Translations under genes and position numbers: made by a program
Virus record (IMG/VR): IMGVR_UViG_3300023179_006134
Coordinates: 1-64,000 of that record
DNA from: a virus
DNA length: 64,000 nt
Strand: one strand, 5' to 3'
Notes under the pieces: generated by a model
What the model saw: the letters and a program-made list of their open reading frames with translations, nothing else
Databases searched by the model: none
What the model was told of the DNA's origin: nothing
Shown here: in pieces, positions 1 to 9,965 of the stretch
How positions within the stretch are numbered: position 1 is the stretch's first letter
Layout of the letters: each line of letters opens with the position of its first letter

Positions 1-2184
1 CCAGTTTTGCGATGCGCTTGATTTCTTGAAAAGAATCCACCTCGGCCTAAACCCGGTATAAACGAACGGCCCATCCGAGCTGCCGTTGCCGGTGTAGTTG
101 CCAAAAGAAGAGTACCCGACTACTGGGCTGAATACATACGCCACATAAGTGCGACCAGAAGCATTGATGCTGTTGTCATTGCCAACTGAAAACACTGTGG
201 ATGTGGGAGAAGTATCATTCCAAGCGCCGGAATACGTTCCAGCCGCTGCTGTTGATTCAAGCGCTAAATACTGAGTAGCGCCCAGGCTTCTGTGATAGAC
301 CAACCATCCAGCAGCGTTGCTTCTGCATTTGACCAGAATCAGACTTGGCGCCACACCTAAACCATGTCCCACCGTCGCACCACTTGTGCCATTCCCCGTA
401 TAAGTAACAATCGAAAACCCCGCCGTCGTGTTGGCTCTTACCTGCGACCCACCAGTGATGGAGCCTTGTGTGTTCGTGACTGAGGCAGCGTTGGGATCAC
501 CAATTCCTTTCCAGCACCAGGCGACGTAAGCATCACCGGCAGAACTGTTTGTATCTCTATCTGTATCCAGCAAAGTAAATCCAGTGCTGGTAAAGCTGTT
601 CAGGTTATACCCAACATCATTGGTTTCTGCGCTTGTGGCGTTTGTAAAGATACGCCTATAAGCGCCGCGCACCTGATCAAACACACTGTGCCAACGTGCT
701 TGGCCACGGTTTTTAATCCAGACAAGATCTGGGCTGAACCCGCCCGGCATTGTGATTGTTTTAGTGCCCGATGAACCGTTGTAAGTCACCACATCAAAAA
801 CCGTCGAAGGCTTTGTGACTAATGGGGCGGGCAGGTTTGTAGTGCAGAGCGCCTTGAAACCGCTGGGGGCGGTGTAGGCAAACTGGCGTTGGCCGAAGTT
901 GCAAGTGAAACTAAATCCATTGATGTGTAGCCAAGGAAACCAAGTTTTTGCAGGTAACGACGAAAAAGAAAATGTTGCAGAGCCATTCCTGTAAAATTGC
1001 AGCGTGTTGGCATCAACATTTAAAGCTAGACCAACAACGTCCCCCGACCCGTAAACTGTGTAACCAGACGCACCTTGACTGCTACCGTTGATGTATTTAT
1101 TATTGTCAGCGCCCCAGTTGTAGTTTGTTGCGGTACCAAATGCGGCCAAAGTATTTTCAAGGTCGCAAATGCCTATGCCAGCGCCAGCACCAGTTGAATT
1201 AACCGTAACCTCCCAATACCATTTACCGCTCGACATACCAAAAGTTCCTCGCACCTGAGTGCTTGTACTTGTAATGTCAAGATTTCCGTTGCTAAACGTT
1301 TTTGTGCCGACAGTGTAGTCAACGGAATTCAACGTGCAATAATTTCCCCTCACCTCACCACCCGCACCCGTATCCGTCTGCGCCCCATTAGTGGGAACGT
1401 CTACGAGGCTGTCGTTGCCAGCACCAGCGGTGACGGATAAATTATTCGGGGTGAAGTTGTTCCCGTTGGGACTAGTGTCCTTCCCTAGTGTGGTCGCGGT
1501 GTTGCTGCTGTTATCCGCAAAATCAAGGTGGAAGCCGTTGGTGCCGTAGCTGCCGGTGTATGCCTTGGGGTTCCACACGCCGGTGGTGGCGTCAAACTCG
1601 CCGAAGCTGGTGGGGTCGAGCGCTTGGCCGTCGATGAAGTAGATGTCGGCTAGGTAGCCGTCGAAATAGCTGACATTGGCGTCACCAGTACGCCCTATCG
1701 CATGAACCCTCGCCGCGTTCCAATAGCTGGCAAAACTTGGAGACGGGTTCGTCGAGATACTAAATGCAGTTACCTCTGAGCCGTTAACGTAAAACTTGAA
1801 TCTATTTGATGCTGTACCATTTGTAGAGTCAAAAACAATTAAAAAATGGTACCAAGCAGAGGTGTCTCGAAATACCTGCGTTGTTGTTTTTTGCCAATTA
1901 ATGGTTGGGTTGTTGTAGTCGTAAAAACTTATTGCGTCACTAGAAAATTCACAGTAAAAGCCTTGAGTATTAGAACTGTTCGAAGTAGAAAATACTCGCT
2001 GAGTAGTTCCCAACGTGCTGCGTTTTATCCATGTGGAGATAGTCCAAGTGGTTTGACTTCCAGCAGATGCGGGGGTGCGGGACAAATAAGCCGAGTCTGC
2101 TGAGTTAAATCTGAGACTTCTTCGTATTTCGTGTTGATATTTACCAAATGCAAATAAAGGATGAACTCCACCTGGAATTGTCAT
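1..2184 (-). CDS. Partial (runs off left edge) LamG/ConA-like + SPRY-like putative receptor-binding virion protein
   Basis: Not in ORF track because there is no stop in the window. ATG at 2184, 1 nt after the previous stop. Starts MTIPGGVHPLFAFGKYQHEIRRSLRFNSADSAYLSRTPASAGSQTTWTISTWIKRS; the same frame reads ...YTGFRPRWILFKKSSASQNW at position 1. Contains GKWYWEV (SPRY-like) and PDLVWIKNR motifs. Confidence 0.75.
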   Translation of the reverse strand, partial: MTIPGGVHPLFAFGKYQHEIRRSLRFNSADSAYLSRTPASAGSQTTWTISTWIKRSTLGTTQRVFSTSNSSNTQGFYCEFSSDAISFYDYNNPTINWQKTTTQVFRDTSAWYHFLIVFDSTNGTASNRFKFYVNGSEVTAFSISTNPSPSFASYWNAARVHAIGRTGDANVSYFDGYLADIYFIDGQALDPTSFGEFDATTGVWNPKAYTGSYGTNGFHLDFADNSSNTATTLGKDTSPNGNNFTPNNLSVTAGAGNDSLVDVPTNGAQTDTGAGGEVRGNYCTLNSVDYTVGTKTFSNGNLDITSTSTQVRGTFGMSSGKWYWEVTVNSTGAGAGIGICDLENTLAAFGTATNYNWGADNNKYINGSSQGASGYTVYGSGDVVGLALNVDANTLQFYRNGSATFSFSSLPAKTWFPWLHINGFSFTCNFGQRQFAYTAPSGFKALCTTNLPAPLVTKPSTVFDVVTYNGSSGTKTITMPGGFSPDLVWIKNRGQARWHSVFDQVRGAYRRIFTNATSAETNDVGYNLNSFTSTGFTLLDTDRDTNSSAGDAYVAWCWKGIGDPNAASVTNTQGSITGGSQVRANTTAGFSIVTYTGNGTSGATVGHGLGVAPSLILVKCRSNAAGWLVYHRSLGATQYLALESTAAAGTYSGAWNDTSPTSTVFSVGNDNSINASGRTYVAYVFSPVVGYSSFGNYTGNGSSDGPFVYTGFRPRWILFKKSSASQNW

Positions 2185-2185
2185 A

Positions 2186-3136
2186 TTAAATTACTCCACT
2201 TGTATTTGCAAGACTGACAAGAATATTTGCAGGAATACTTGTAAGATTTCTAACTGAATAGGCAAGAGCATTGACTGAATTAGAAGCAATTCCAATGGAT
2301 GGTGCAACACCACCAACAAATCGCCAGAAACTTCCAAATCCAATTGAACGTCCACCAGTAGAGTCCTGTACAATATAGATAACACCACTTTGTCCAGTTG
2401 TCATTCCTGTTGGATTTCCTAAAATATAATTTCCATCAATTGTAAATGTAAAATTATTAGCAGTTGCAAATCCTAAAGTTATGGTAGATGCTGTACCAAC
2501 TGCAACAATATTACTTGCAGAACTTCCGTTTACATAAAAACTTGTTAATCCAACGTTTGTTGTTCCAATGGAAACATTTGATGAAGTATAGATACCTGTT
2601 GCACCTGAAATCCATTGACTGCTTCCTCCTCCACCACCACCAGCGATACTGATATTAACTGTTGTTCCATTGACTGCAAAAGTATTACCCGCACCAATAA
2701 AATTAAGTTGAGTGATACCAGCACCAATTACAGTTCCTGCAGACTGAATACCAATTGCTGTTACAAAGTTCGTGCTTACACCTGTAAGATTTGCACCAGA
2801 ACCACTGAAACTGGTGGCAGTGACTACACCAGATACATTAAGACTTGTAGCAGTTGCAGCACCTAATACAGGAGTTACAAGTGTTGGTGAAATAGCAAAT
2901 ACATTAGCACCAGAACCAGTTTCGTCAGTTAATGCTGTTGCTAAGTTAGCAGAACTAAAAGAACCTAATGATGTTGTTGTATTAACTGATGTGATCGCAC
3001 CAGTTAGATTGGGAATATTAGTTGTTGTGGTTGCAGTACCAGTTACATTACCACTAAAAGATGTTGCAGTTACAATACCTGCAAAACTTGCACCAGTACT
3101 TACATTTCCAACTAGTTGTGCTTTTGTAACAGACAT
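2186..3136 (-). CDS. Tail fibre-like protein with C-terminal beta-sandwich adaptor domain
   Basis: 316 aa, G/T/S-rich. Has the TDETGSG..FA.SPTLVTPVLG module shared with neighbouring fibres and a C-terminal NNFTFT...QDSTGGRS..F...W.F.GG.AP domain. Confidence 0.65.
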   Translation of the reverse strand: MSVTKAQLVGNVSTGASFAGIVTATSFSGNVTGTATTTTNIPNLTGAITSVNTTTSLGSFSSANLATALTDETGSGANVFAISPTLVTPVLGAATATSLNVSGVVTATSFSGSGANLTGVSTNFVTAIGIQSAGTVIGAGITQLNFIGAGNTFAVNGTTVNISIAGGGGGGSSQWISGATGIYTSSNVSIGTTNVGLTSFYVNGSSASNIVAVGTASTITLGFATANNFTFTIDGNYILGNPTGMTTGQSGVIYIVQDSTGGRSIGFGSFWRFVGGVAPSIGIASNSVNALAYSVRNLTSIPANILVSLANTSGVI

Positions 3137-3152
3137 TTTATTGTTTTTTAGT

Positions 3153-3159
3153 TATTTAT
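3153..3159 (-). promoter_or_regulatory. T4-type late promoter (ATAAATA)
   Basis: ATAAATA on minus strand 16 nt upstream of the ATG at 3136. Confidence 0.6.
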
Positions 3160-3167
3160 GTATTATT

Positions 3168-4286
3168 TTAGTATAGTCTCAAACTTGTTGAACCAACACC
3201 TACAACAGTGAATGTTAAAGTGTTTCCGGACACTGCAATTTTAACCGGATTCGTGACTCCAATACCACTTGTAAATCCGTTTTGTGATGTTGTAACTCCG
3301 CTTATAAGAGTGTCACCAACAACGTGAAGTTTTGATGTTGGATTTGTGGTTCCAATGCCAAGATTTCCTAAAACATAACCACTTCCAGATATGTTGAGAA
3401 CATCAACAACAGCATAGTTAAAAGGTGCAGCATCTACCCACTGGGAATTAATTCCATTGTCATAGTAAACAAAAATTCTAGCATAATCTGCATTATACCA
3501 TAAATCTCCAGAAGTTGGACCTACCGGAGCTTCCGTTCCGACACTTACTTGAGAACCACCAGAATCACTAACAATATTAAAAGGTGCAGCATCTACCCAT
3601 TGAGAACTATCTCCATCATTATAATAAATAAAAGTTCTTCCAAGATTTGTATTATACCAAAGATTTCCTGAAGATGGTGATGCTGGTGATTCTGTTCCGA
3701 TACTTACTTGAGAACCACCGGAAATACTAATATCAATTTTATTATTAGTTACAAAAAATGTATTTCCAGTACCAATAAAATTGAGTGCCGTAATAATACC
3801 AGTGGTTACAAGATTTCCACCAGAGTAAATACCAATTCCTCTAACACCACCAAGTGCAGTTACGATACCAGATGCATTAATACCTGATGCGTTGATTGTA
3901 ACTCCAGAACCAACAACAACACTTGTAGCAGTTGCACTTCCTAATACAGGAGTTACAAGTGTAGGACTTGTGGCAAATACAGCAGAACCAGAACCAGTCT
4001 CATCAGTTAATGCTGTTGCTAATTGTGCCGATGTAAAGGAACCTAATGATGTTGTGGTGTTATTAGATGTAATAGCACCAGTTAGATTTGGAATATTAGT
4101 CGTTGAGGTTGCTGTACCAGTTAATGCTCCAACAAAACTTGATGCTGTGATAATTCCAGAAACCCTTACATCACCAATTACGTGAAGTTTTGATGTTGGA
4201 TTTGTGGTTCCAATACCAACATTTCTAGTTTCATCAGCAACTGATATTACGGATGCAAGTTGTGATAATTCTCTGGTATTTGCCAT
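3168..4286 (-). CDS. Tail fibre protein
   Basis: 372 aa. GIGTTNPTSKLHV.GD fibre motifs; two copies of GGSQVS.GTE.P..P.SG.LWYN....R.F.YY..G..SQWVDAAPFN. Confidence 0.7.
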   Translation of the reverse strand: MANTRELSQLASVISVADETRNVGIGTTNPTSKLHVIGDVRVSGIITASSFVGALTGTATSTTNIPNLTGAITSNNTTTSLGSFTSAQLATALTDETGSGSAVFATSPTLVTPVLGSATATSVVVGSGVTINASGINASGIVTALGGVRGIGIYSGGNLVTTGIITALNFIGTGNTFFVTNNKIDISISGGSQVSIGTESPASPSSGNLWYNTNLGRTFIYYNDGDSSQWVDAAPFNIVSDSGGSQVSVGTEAPVGPTSGDLWYNADYARIFVYYDNGINSQWVDAAPFNYAVVDVLNISGSGYVLGNLGIGTTNPTSKLHVVGDTLISGVTTSQNGFTSGIGVTNPVKIAVSGNTLTFTVVGVGSTSLRLY

Positions 4287-4308
4287 TAACTATGTTTTTC
4301 CTATGTCT

Positions 4309-4315
4309 TATTTAT
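4309..4315 (-). promoter_or_regulatory. T4-type late promoter (ATAAATA)
   Basis: Immediately after the terminator hairpin and 22 nt upstream of the ATG at 4286. Confidence 0.6.
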
Positions 4316-4316
4316 G

Positions 4317-4344
4317 AAAAAAGGAGGAAGATTTCTCTTCCTCC
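4317..4344 (-). terminator. Rho-independent terminator
   Basis: Minus strand GGAGGAAGA-GAAA-TCTTCCTCC-TTTTTT just downstream of the 4368..8945 gene. Confidence 0.85.
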
Positions 4345-4367
4345 TCTAAATTTAATTTGGACTCAAA

Positions 4368-7300
4368 TTATTTTTTGAGTTCTTCAATTTCTGCCTGAAG
4401 AGCAGCAATTTGAGCACCTTGCTCCTTCACTGCTTCAATCAGAACTCCAATCAGACCATTATAGTTCACGGTCTTGTGAGTATCACCAGTTTGAACCAGT
4501 TGTGGTAAGTGCTCTTCAATTTGTTGAGCAATCACACCAATTGTTTCTTTTCCAGTTTCCTTCCAAGAGAAGTGAACACCCTCAAGTTTAGAAACGAGTT
4601 CGGATGCACTCTCAACCTGTCTGATATTTTCTTTAAGGTTGATATCAGATGTTGCGTTGAAGTCTGTTGCCGTACAAACTCCAGATAGACTTAATGAAGT
4701 TCCCGTTGCAACACCTAATACTGGTGTTACTAGAGTTGGACTTGTAGCAAATACAAGTGCTCCAGAACCAGTTTCGTCACTGATAACACCAGCAAGTTCG
4801 CTTGAAGTGGTTGCTGAGAATGCACTTAACTTATTGCTTGTATATGCAACAGTACCACCTGCACCAAAAGCAACCGAAGAAGCATCAGTACCAGTGAATG
4901 TTAATGTATTTGATGCAGTTAAAGTTTTGCCGTCAGCAATCGTTAAAGTTGCAGATGTTGCTGGGGCAGTAATTGTAACTTTGTTAATGGTAGTTGCATT
5001 AGCAGTACCAAGAGTACTAATACCACTATAATTTACGTTTGTACCACCAAGATTGGTAATAGTTCCATTGGTATAAGTTAATGTTGTTCCACTTAATGTA
5101 GTTGCTGTAGTAACTCCAGTAGCATTAATATTAGTAGCACTCAATGAAGAAACTGTTGATACTCCAGAAGAGTTAATGTTACCTTGTACACCACCATTAG
5201 CAACAATAGCACCAGTAACCGTAAGAGATCCTAGTGTTCCAACAGAAGTGAGTGAAGAATTAACAATACCGGAACCTAATGTTGTAGAAGTAAGAACATC
5301 AGTTCCATTAATCTTGTATGACTTTCCAGTCAAAAGATTCATATGTTCTGATGAAGTCCAAGAATCGGTAGCATCTACCCAATTGAATGTCTTATTTCCC
5401 TGTCCAGATTCAACCGTAATACCACCACCATCAGCAGCAGCATCATTAGCAGCACCAGAAGCAAGAGTAATGTTCTTGTCATCGACAGTTACTGTTGTAG
5501 AATTGACAGTAGTTGTAGTACCATCAATTTGCAGATCACCTTTGATTACAACTAGACCAGTGTTGTCTCCAACAGCAGCAGGGTCAATAGTGATCGTTGC
5601 AGGACCAGAAATTGTATTGGTATTAATACCAATTGCAGAACCTGATGCACCAGTTACAAATTGAGCAGCAGTAACGATACCTGATGCATTTACATTACCA
5701 GTTACGTTTCCAGTGAGTGCTCCGGCAAATGATGTTGCAGAAAGAGTACCAGTAGAAGGATTGAATGAAAGTTTTGTTGTTGATACTTTAGATGATGTAA
5801 TGGTTCCAGTAGTTGTTTGAGTGAGTACTGGGAAGAAACTTTGATTTGTTGTTGTATCATCAGCCACAGTAGAACCAGTACCAGTCAGTCCACTACCATT
5901 ACCAACGAATGATGTTGCAGTAATGATACCAGTTACATTAATATTTGATGTATTAACAAACTCTGAACCATTATATGCAAGAAGGTTTCCTGTTGTAATA
6001 CCAGTAAGTGTAACATCAGTTAGGTCATTTAGACTGCTTACCTGACCAGTTCCGGCACCAAGAGTTGCATAAGACACAAACTCAACAGTATCATTCGCAA
6101 ATGCACCTTCAGAGAGAGTGATTGTAGTACCGTTATTTGCAGTAAATTCTGCAGAAGATAATTTAACACCATTCACAAATACATCAAGGAAGTTTACATT
6201 ATATACAAAACTGAATAATGTTTGATTTGCTGTTGCAGTAAATGTTTGTGTTGTTCTGGTTTGTGGTAATAGGTCATTAAAGGTTTTCCAAGTTACACCC
6301 ACTCCAGTAGAAGCAATAATCTGATTTGCAGCACCAGTAGTATTTCCAATAGAAACATAACCACCAATATTTAAATTGGTGACTGTTGATACTCCAGAAG
6401 AATTAATGTTACCAGTTACGTTTCCAGTGAGTGCTCCAGCAAATGTAGTAGCAGTAATGATACCAGTTGAATTTACATTACCAACATCAAGTTTGATAAG
6501 AGTTCCAACCGATGTGAGTGAAGAATTAACAACGTTTGAACCAAGAGTTGTTGAGGAAAGAACATCAGTTCCATTAATCTTATAAGTCTTACCAGAAGCA
6601 AGATTAAAGTTTTCACTTGACTTTAATGCTGTATTAGTATGATCGTAAGTTAAAGTATTGTCTGGTCCAATTTTAATACCCGCACCATCCGCAAGTATAT
6701 CTGAAGTAGCAGTAGAAGCAATACCAACAACAAAATCGGCAAGTTCTATAGTTGTGGAGTTAACAATAAATTGAGTTCCATCAACAAATAAGTCACCTTT
6801 AATTCTTACGGCACCAGTATTATCACCAACAGCAGCAGGGTCAATGGTGATTGTAGCGGGACCAGAAATTGTATTGGTATTAATTCCAATTGCAGAACCA
6901 GAAGCACCAGTTACAAATTGAGCAGCAGTTACGATACCTGATGCAACAACACTCGTAAGAGAAATGTTATCATCAAGATTAACTGTTACTGTATTAGAAG
7001 CAGCTGAAGATGTTAAGTTGGTTCCACCGGAAATAGTTAAGTTCTCTGATAAGAAATTGATCGTTTCAGTTCCACTGTCACCGGCAACAGTTAATGCGGC
7101 TCCAATCGCAGCAGTACCTGCAGCAGTTAAACGTCCCTTAGCATCAACAGTGAATGTAGGAATTGCTGTGGAAGAACCATAAGAACCAGCGGTAACACCA
7201 GTATCTACAAGATTAAGTGTTACAGTGTTACTTGCTGCGGATGTTGTAATAATTCCAGCAGTGCCAGCAATAGTTAAGTTCTCATTAAGGAAATTAATTG

Positions 7301-8945
7301 TTTCGGTGCCAGAATCACCAGCAACTGTTAAAGCAGCACCAACTGAAGCAGTACCAGCAGCAGTTAAACGTCCTTTTGCATCAACAGTGAATGTTGGGAT
7401 TTGAGTCGAGGAACCATAAGAACCAGAAGAAACACCAGTTGTTGCTAAAGTAAGAGCCAATCCAACGTTAGAAGTACCATTAAATGAAATTGATGAAGCA
7501 GTTGCATCACCACTAATACTGAAATCTCTAGCAGTTTGAAGTTGAGTAGCAGAACTAGCTAAACCAGTTAGATTACCAACAAAACCATTAGTTGCAGTAA
7601 CAATACCAGAAGCATTAATGTTTGTTGCATTTAGTGAAGTAACTGTAGAAACTCCAGAAGAGTTAATGTTTCCTGTTACATTACCAGTAAGATTTCCTGA
7701 GAAACCACTAGTAGCAGTTACAATACCACTTGAATTAACATTACCAACACTTAAGTTAGTAAGAGTTCCAACAGAAGTCAAAGAAGAGTTGATAACTCCA
7801 GAACCAAGAGTTGTTGAAGAAAGAACTTCAGTATTATTAACTTTATAAACTTTACCTGAAGCAATGTTTAAGTTCTCTGAAGAACCTAAGTTGTCTCCAC
7901 TTGCTTCAAATTGGAAAGTTTTATTACCCTCACCAGAGGTAATAGTAATACCAGCACCATCAGCAGCTGCATCATTAGCAGCTCCATCAGCAATTTGAAT
8001 ATTTTTATCATCAACCGTTACAGTTGTTGAGTTAATAGTGGTTGTTGTGCCATCAATTTGTAGGTCACCTTTGATTACAACTAATCCAGTATTATCACCA
8101 ACAGCTGCTGGATCAAGAGTAATAGTTGCAGGACCAGAAATTGTGTTGGTATTAATACCAATTGCAGAACCTGATGCTCCCGTCTTAAATTCAGCAGCCG
8201 TTACGATACCTGATGTATTAATATTAGTTGCAACCAATGAAGAAACTGTAGAAACTCCAGAAGAGTTAATGTTTCCAGTTAGATTACCAACAAAACCAGA
8301 AGTAGCAGTTACAACACCAGAGGCAACAACACTTGTTAAAGAAATGTTTGGATCAAGGTTAACAGTAACAGTATTAGATGCAGCAGATGAAGTTAAGTTG
8401 GTTCCACCAGAGATTGTTAAAGTTTCACTCAAAAGACTGATGTTTTCCGAACCAGAGTCTCCAGCAACTGTTAGAGCAGTACCTACCGATGCAGTACCAG
8501 CAGCAGTTAATCTACCTTTAGAATCAACAGTGAATGTAGCAACTTCTGTTGATGAACCATAAGAACCAGGAGTAACTGTAGTGTTTGCTAATGTTCCGAC
8601 TCCTGTTACATTACCAGTACCATTAAATGAACCACTAGTATATGCTAAGTCTCCAGTGATTGCTATAGTTCTTCCAGTTGCAAGTTGAGTGGCAGAACTG
8701 GCCAAACCAGTTAAAGCACCAACGAAACCATTAGTTGCAGTTACAATGCCTGATGCATTGATGTTTGTTACAGATAAATTACCAGAAACTCTTGCATTAC
8801 CAAGAACATCTAGTTTTGCTGTTGGATTATTTGTACCAATACCCAGTTGTGCTTCAGACTGTGAGGGTATGATATTAACAAAAGTTCCATCAGAATTAAC
8901 GTCTAGAAAATTTGCGAGTTGGGATAAATCTCTGTTAAATGCCAT
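4368..8945 (-). CDS. Long tail fibre with C-terminal intramolecular chaperone (peptidase S74-like) domain
   Basis: 1525 aa repetitive fibre. C-terminus SDINLKENI...GVIAQQIE...VNYNGLIGVLIEAVKE plus coiled coil. Confidence 0.85.
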   Translation of the reverse strand: MAFNRDLSQLANFLDVNSDGTFVNIIPSQSEAQLGIGTNNPTAKLDVLGNARVSGNLSVTNINASGIVTATNGFVGALTGLASSATQLATGRTIAITGDLAYTSGSFNGTGNVTGVGTLANTTVTPGSYGSSTEVATFTVDSKGRLTAAGTASVGTALTVAGDSGSENISLLSETLTISGGTNLTSSAASNTVTVNLDPNISLTSVVASGVVTATSGFVGNLTGNINSSGVSTVSSLVATNINTSGIVTAAEFKTGASGSAIGINTNTISGPATITLDPAAVGDNTGLVVIKGDLQIDGTTTTINSTTVTVDDKNIQIADGAANDAAADGAGITITSGEGNKTFQFEASGDNLGSSENLNIASGKVYKVNNTEVLSSTTLGSGVINSSLTSVGTLTNLSVGNVNSSGIVTATSGFSGNLTGNVTGNINSSGVSTVTSLNATNINASGIVTATNGFVGNLTGLASSATQLQTARDFSISGDATASSISFNGTSNVGLALTLATTGVSSGSYGSSTQIPTFTVDAKGRLTAAGTASVGAALTVAGDSGTETINFLNENLTIAGTAGIITTSAASNTVTLNLVDTGVTAGSYGSSTAIPTFTVDAKGRLTAAGTAAIGAALTVAGDSGTETINFLSENLTISGGTNLTSSAASNTVTVNLDDNISLTSVVASGIVTAAQFVTGASGSAIGINTNTISGPATITIDPAAVGDNTGAVRIKGDLFVDGTQFIVNSTTIELADFVVGIASTATSDILADGAGIKIGPDNTLTYDHTNTALKSSENFNLASGKTYKINGTDVLSSTTLGSNVVNSSLTSVGTLIKLDVGNVNSTGIITATTFAGALTGNVTGNINSSGVSTVTNLNIGGYVSIGNTTGAANQIIASTGVGVTWKTFNDLLPQTRTTQTFTATANQTLFSFVYNVNFLDVFVNGVKLSSAEFTANNGTTITLSEGAFANDTVEFVSYATLGAGTGQVSSLNDLTDVTLTGITTGNLLAYNGSEFVNTSNINVTGIITATSFVGNGSGLTGTGSTVADDTTTNQSFFPVLTQTTTGTITSSKVSTTKLSFNPSTGTLSATSFAGALTGNVTGNVNASGIVTAAQFVTGASGSAIGINTNTISGPATITIDPAAVGDNTGLVVIKGDLQIDGTTTTVNSTTVTVDDKNITLASGAANDAAADGGGITVESGQGNKTFNWVDATDSWTSSEHMNLLTGKSYKINGTDVLTSTTLGSGIVNSSLTSVGTLGSLTVTGAIVANGGVQGNINSSGVSTVSSLSATNINATGVTTATTLSGTTLTYTNGTITNLGGTNVNYSGISTLGTANATTINKVTITAPATSATLTIADGKTLTASNTLTFTGTDASSVAFGAGGTVAYTSNKLSAFSATTSSELAGVISDETGSGALVFATSPTLVTPVLGVATGTSLSLSGVCTATDFNATSDINLKENIRQVESASELVSKLEGVHFSWKETGKETIGVIAQQIEEHLPQLVQTGDTHKTVNYNGLIGVLIEAVKEQGAQIAALQAEIEELKK
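5500..8570 (-). repeat. Internal modular repeats in long tail fibre
   Basis: TGASGSAIGINTNTISGPATIT.DPAAVGDNTG x3 (~5560-5660, ~6810-6920, ~8080-8185) and GSYGSST...TFTVD.KGRLTAAGTA..G.ALTVAGDSG x3 (~7070-7190, ~7310-7430, ~8450-8570); similar at DNA level. Confidence 0.85.
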
Positions 8946-9026
8946 GGTTTTAAGTGTTAAAGATAGGAAAAATTGTTTACATTACGTTTCTACCATCTTC
9001 GTGACTAGCACTAGGCATCGTATGAT

Positions 9027-9034
9027 TATTTATA
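9027..9034 (-). promoter_or_regulatory. T4-type late promoter (TATAAATA)
   Basis: Exact TATAAATA on minus strand upstream of the long fibre gene. Confidence 0.7.
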
Positions 9035-9037
9035 AAT

Positions 9038-9595
9038 TCACCAACTTTCTAAAGCAATTCTTTTCCAAGTATTTGGAGAAACACAAACATAAAAATAAGA
9101 AGAATTGTATGCCGTTTGTCCAGGAATTCCTGATGATGTTGAAGTTGGTGGTGCAGCAATCATATTTGGGGCGATTCCCGTTGCTGATGTATTATATGCA
9201 AGGATATCTACAGATTCTCCACCAAAACAAGATTCATTTAAAATGATTGAAGTTCCATTTGATGCAGTATATTCACTTTCAGTTAAACGAATACCATTAA
9301 TAAAAACATCAACAAATCCTACATTATAATTAACAGCAAATACTGTTTGATTTGTAACTGCAGTTGTTGTGTAAGAATTTCTGAGTGTAGATAAATTTCC
9401 CCAACTAACACCGATTCCCGTTGAAATAAGATACTGCCCATTTGTGCCAGTTGTTCCTCCGGCACTCACTGTTTTGTTTATAACAATATCACTAAAAGAT
9501 GAAATCCCTACAACTGACAGTGTTGTTTGATTTTCACTATAAGAAGCAATTCCTACATTTAATCTTGGTAACCGACCACTGACTAACTTTGCCAT
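9038..9595 (-). CDS. Short fibre-associated structural protein
   Basis: 185 aa. Shares the QT.F...YNV.F.DVF.NG..L...E.TA.NGT.I.L module with the long fibre; ends YFYVCVSPNTWKRIALESW. Confidence 0.6.
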   Translation of the reverse strand: MAKLVSGRLPRLNVGIASYSENQTTLSVVGISSFSDIVINKTVSAGGTTGTNGQYLISTGIGVSWGNLSTLRNSYTTTAVTNQTVFAVNYNVGFVDVFINGIRLTESEYTASNGTSIILNESCFGGESVDILAYNTSATGIAPNMIAAPPTSTSSGIPGQTAYNSSYFYVCVSPNTWKRIALESW

Positions 9596-9614
9596 TTATT
9601 TTATTTCTCTCTCT

Positions 9615-9956
9615 TTACTTAAGTGTTTCCAGAATACTTCCGGTAAATTTAATATTAGAAGAATTACTTCCGGAAATCACTAAAACATCATTAGATTCAA
9701 GAACCAATTTTCCATCAAGAAAACTTGCAGAGTCTTTTGAAGGAATAGCAAAATCTTTTACTATTTCTGTTGTGACTGCAATTCCAGCAACAGTTCTTTG
9801 ATGAGAGAATGTGACTGTTTCTGTTGTATTTCCAGTGTTCACAGCTTGTGCAAGAATAACTACAGAGGCATATCCAACCGGAGCAGTATAAATTCCAACT
9901 GAACTGGTTGATATTACATTTGTGATTGTTTTAAATATGTTGAGTGGTAATGCCAT
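9615..9956 (-). CDS. Small conserved structural protein of fibre clusters
   Basis: 113 aa beta-rich, ...GKLVLESNDVL...SILET; sits within the structural operon. Confidence 0.55.
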   Translation of the reverse strand: MALPLNIFKTITNVISTSSVGIYTAPVGYASVVILAQAVNTGNTTETVTFSHQRTVAGIAVTTEIVKDFAIPSKDSASFLDGKLVLESNDVLVISGSNSSNIKFTGSILETLK

Positions 9957-9965
9957 GATGTTAAA

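Noticed and set aside
819-2103. ORFs 819..1019 (-) and 1846..2103 (+)
   Set aside because: Shadow frames of the long minus-strand gene 1..2184.
2615-9801. Numerous plus-strand V/P/T-rich ORFs opposite fibre genes
   Set aside because: Antisense shadows produced by Gly/Thr/Ser codon bias; no Shine-Dalgarno or recognisable motifs.
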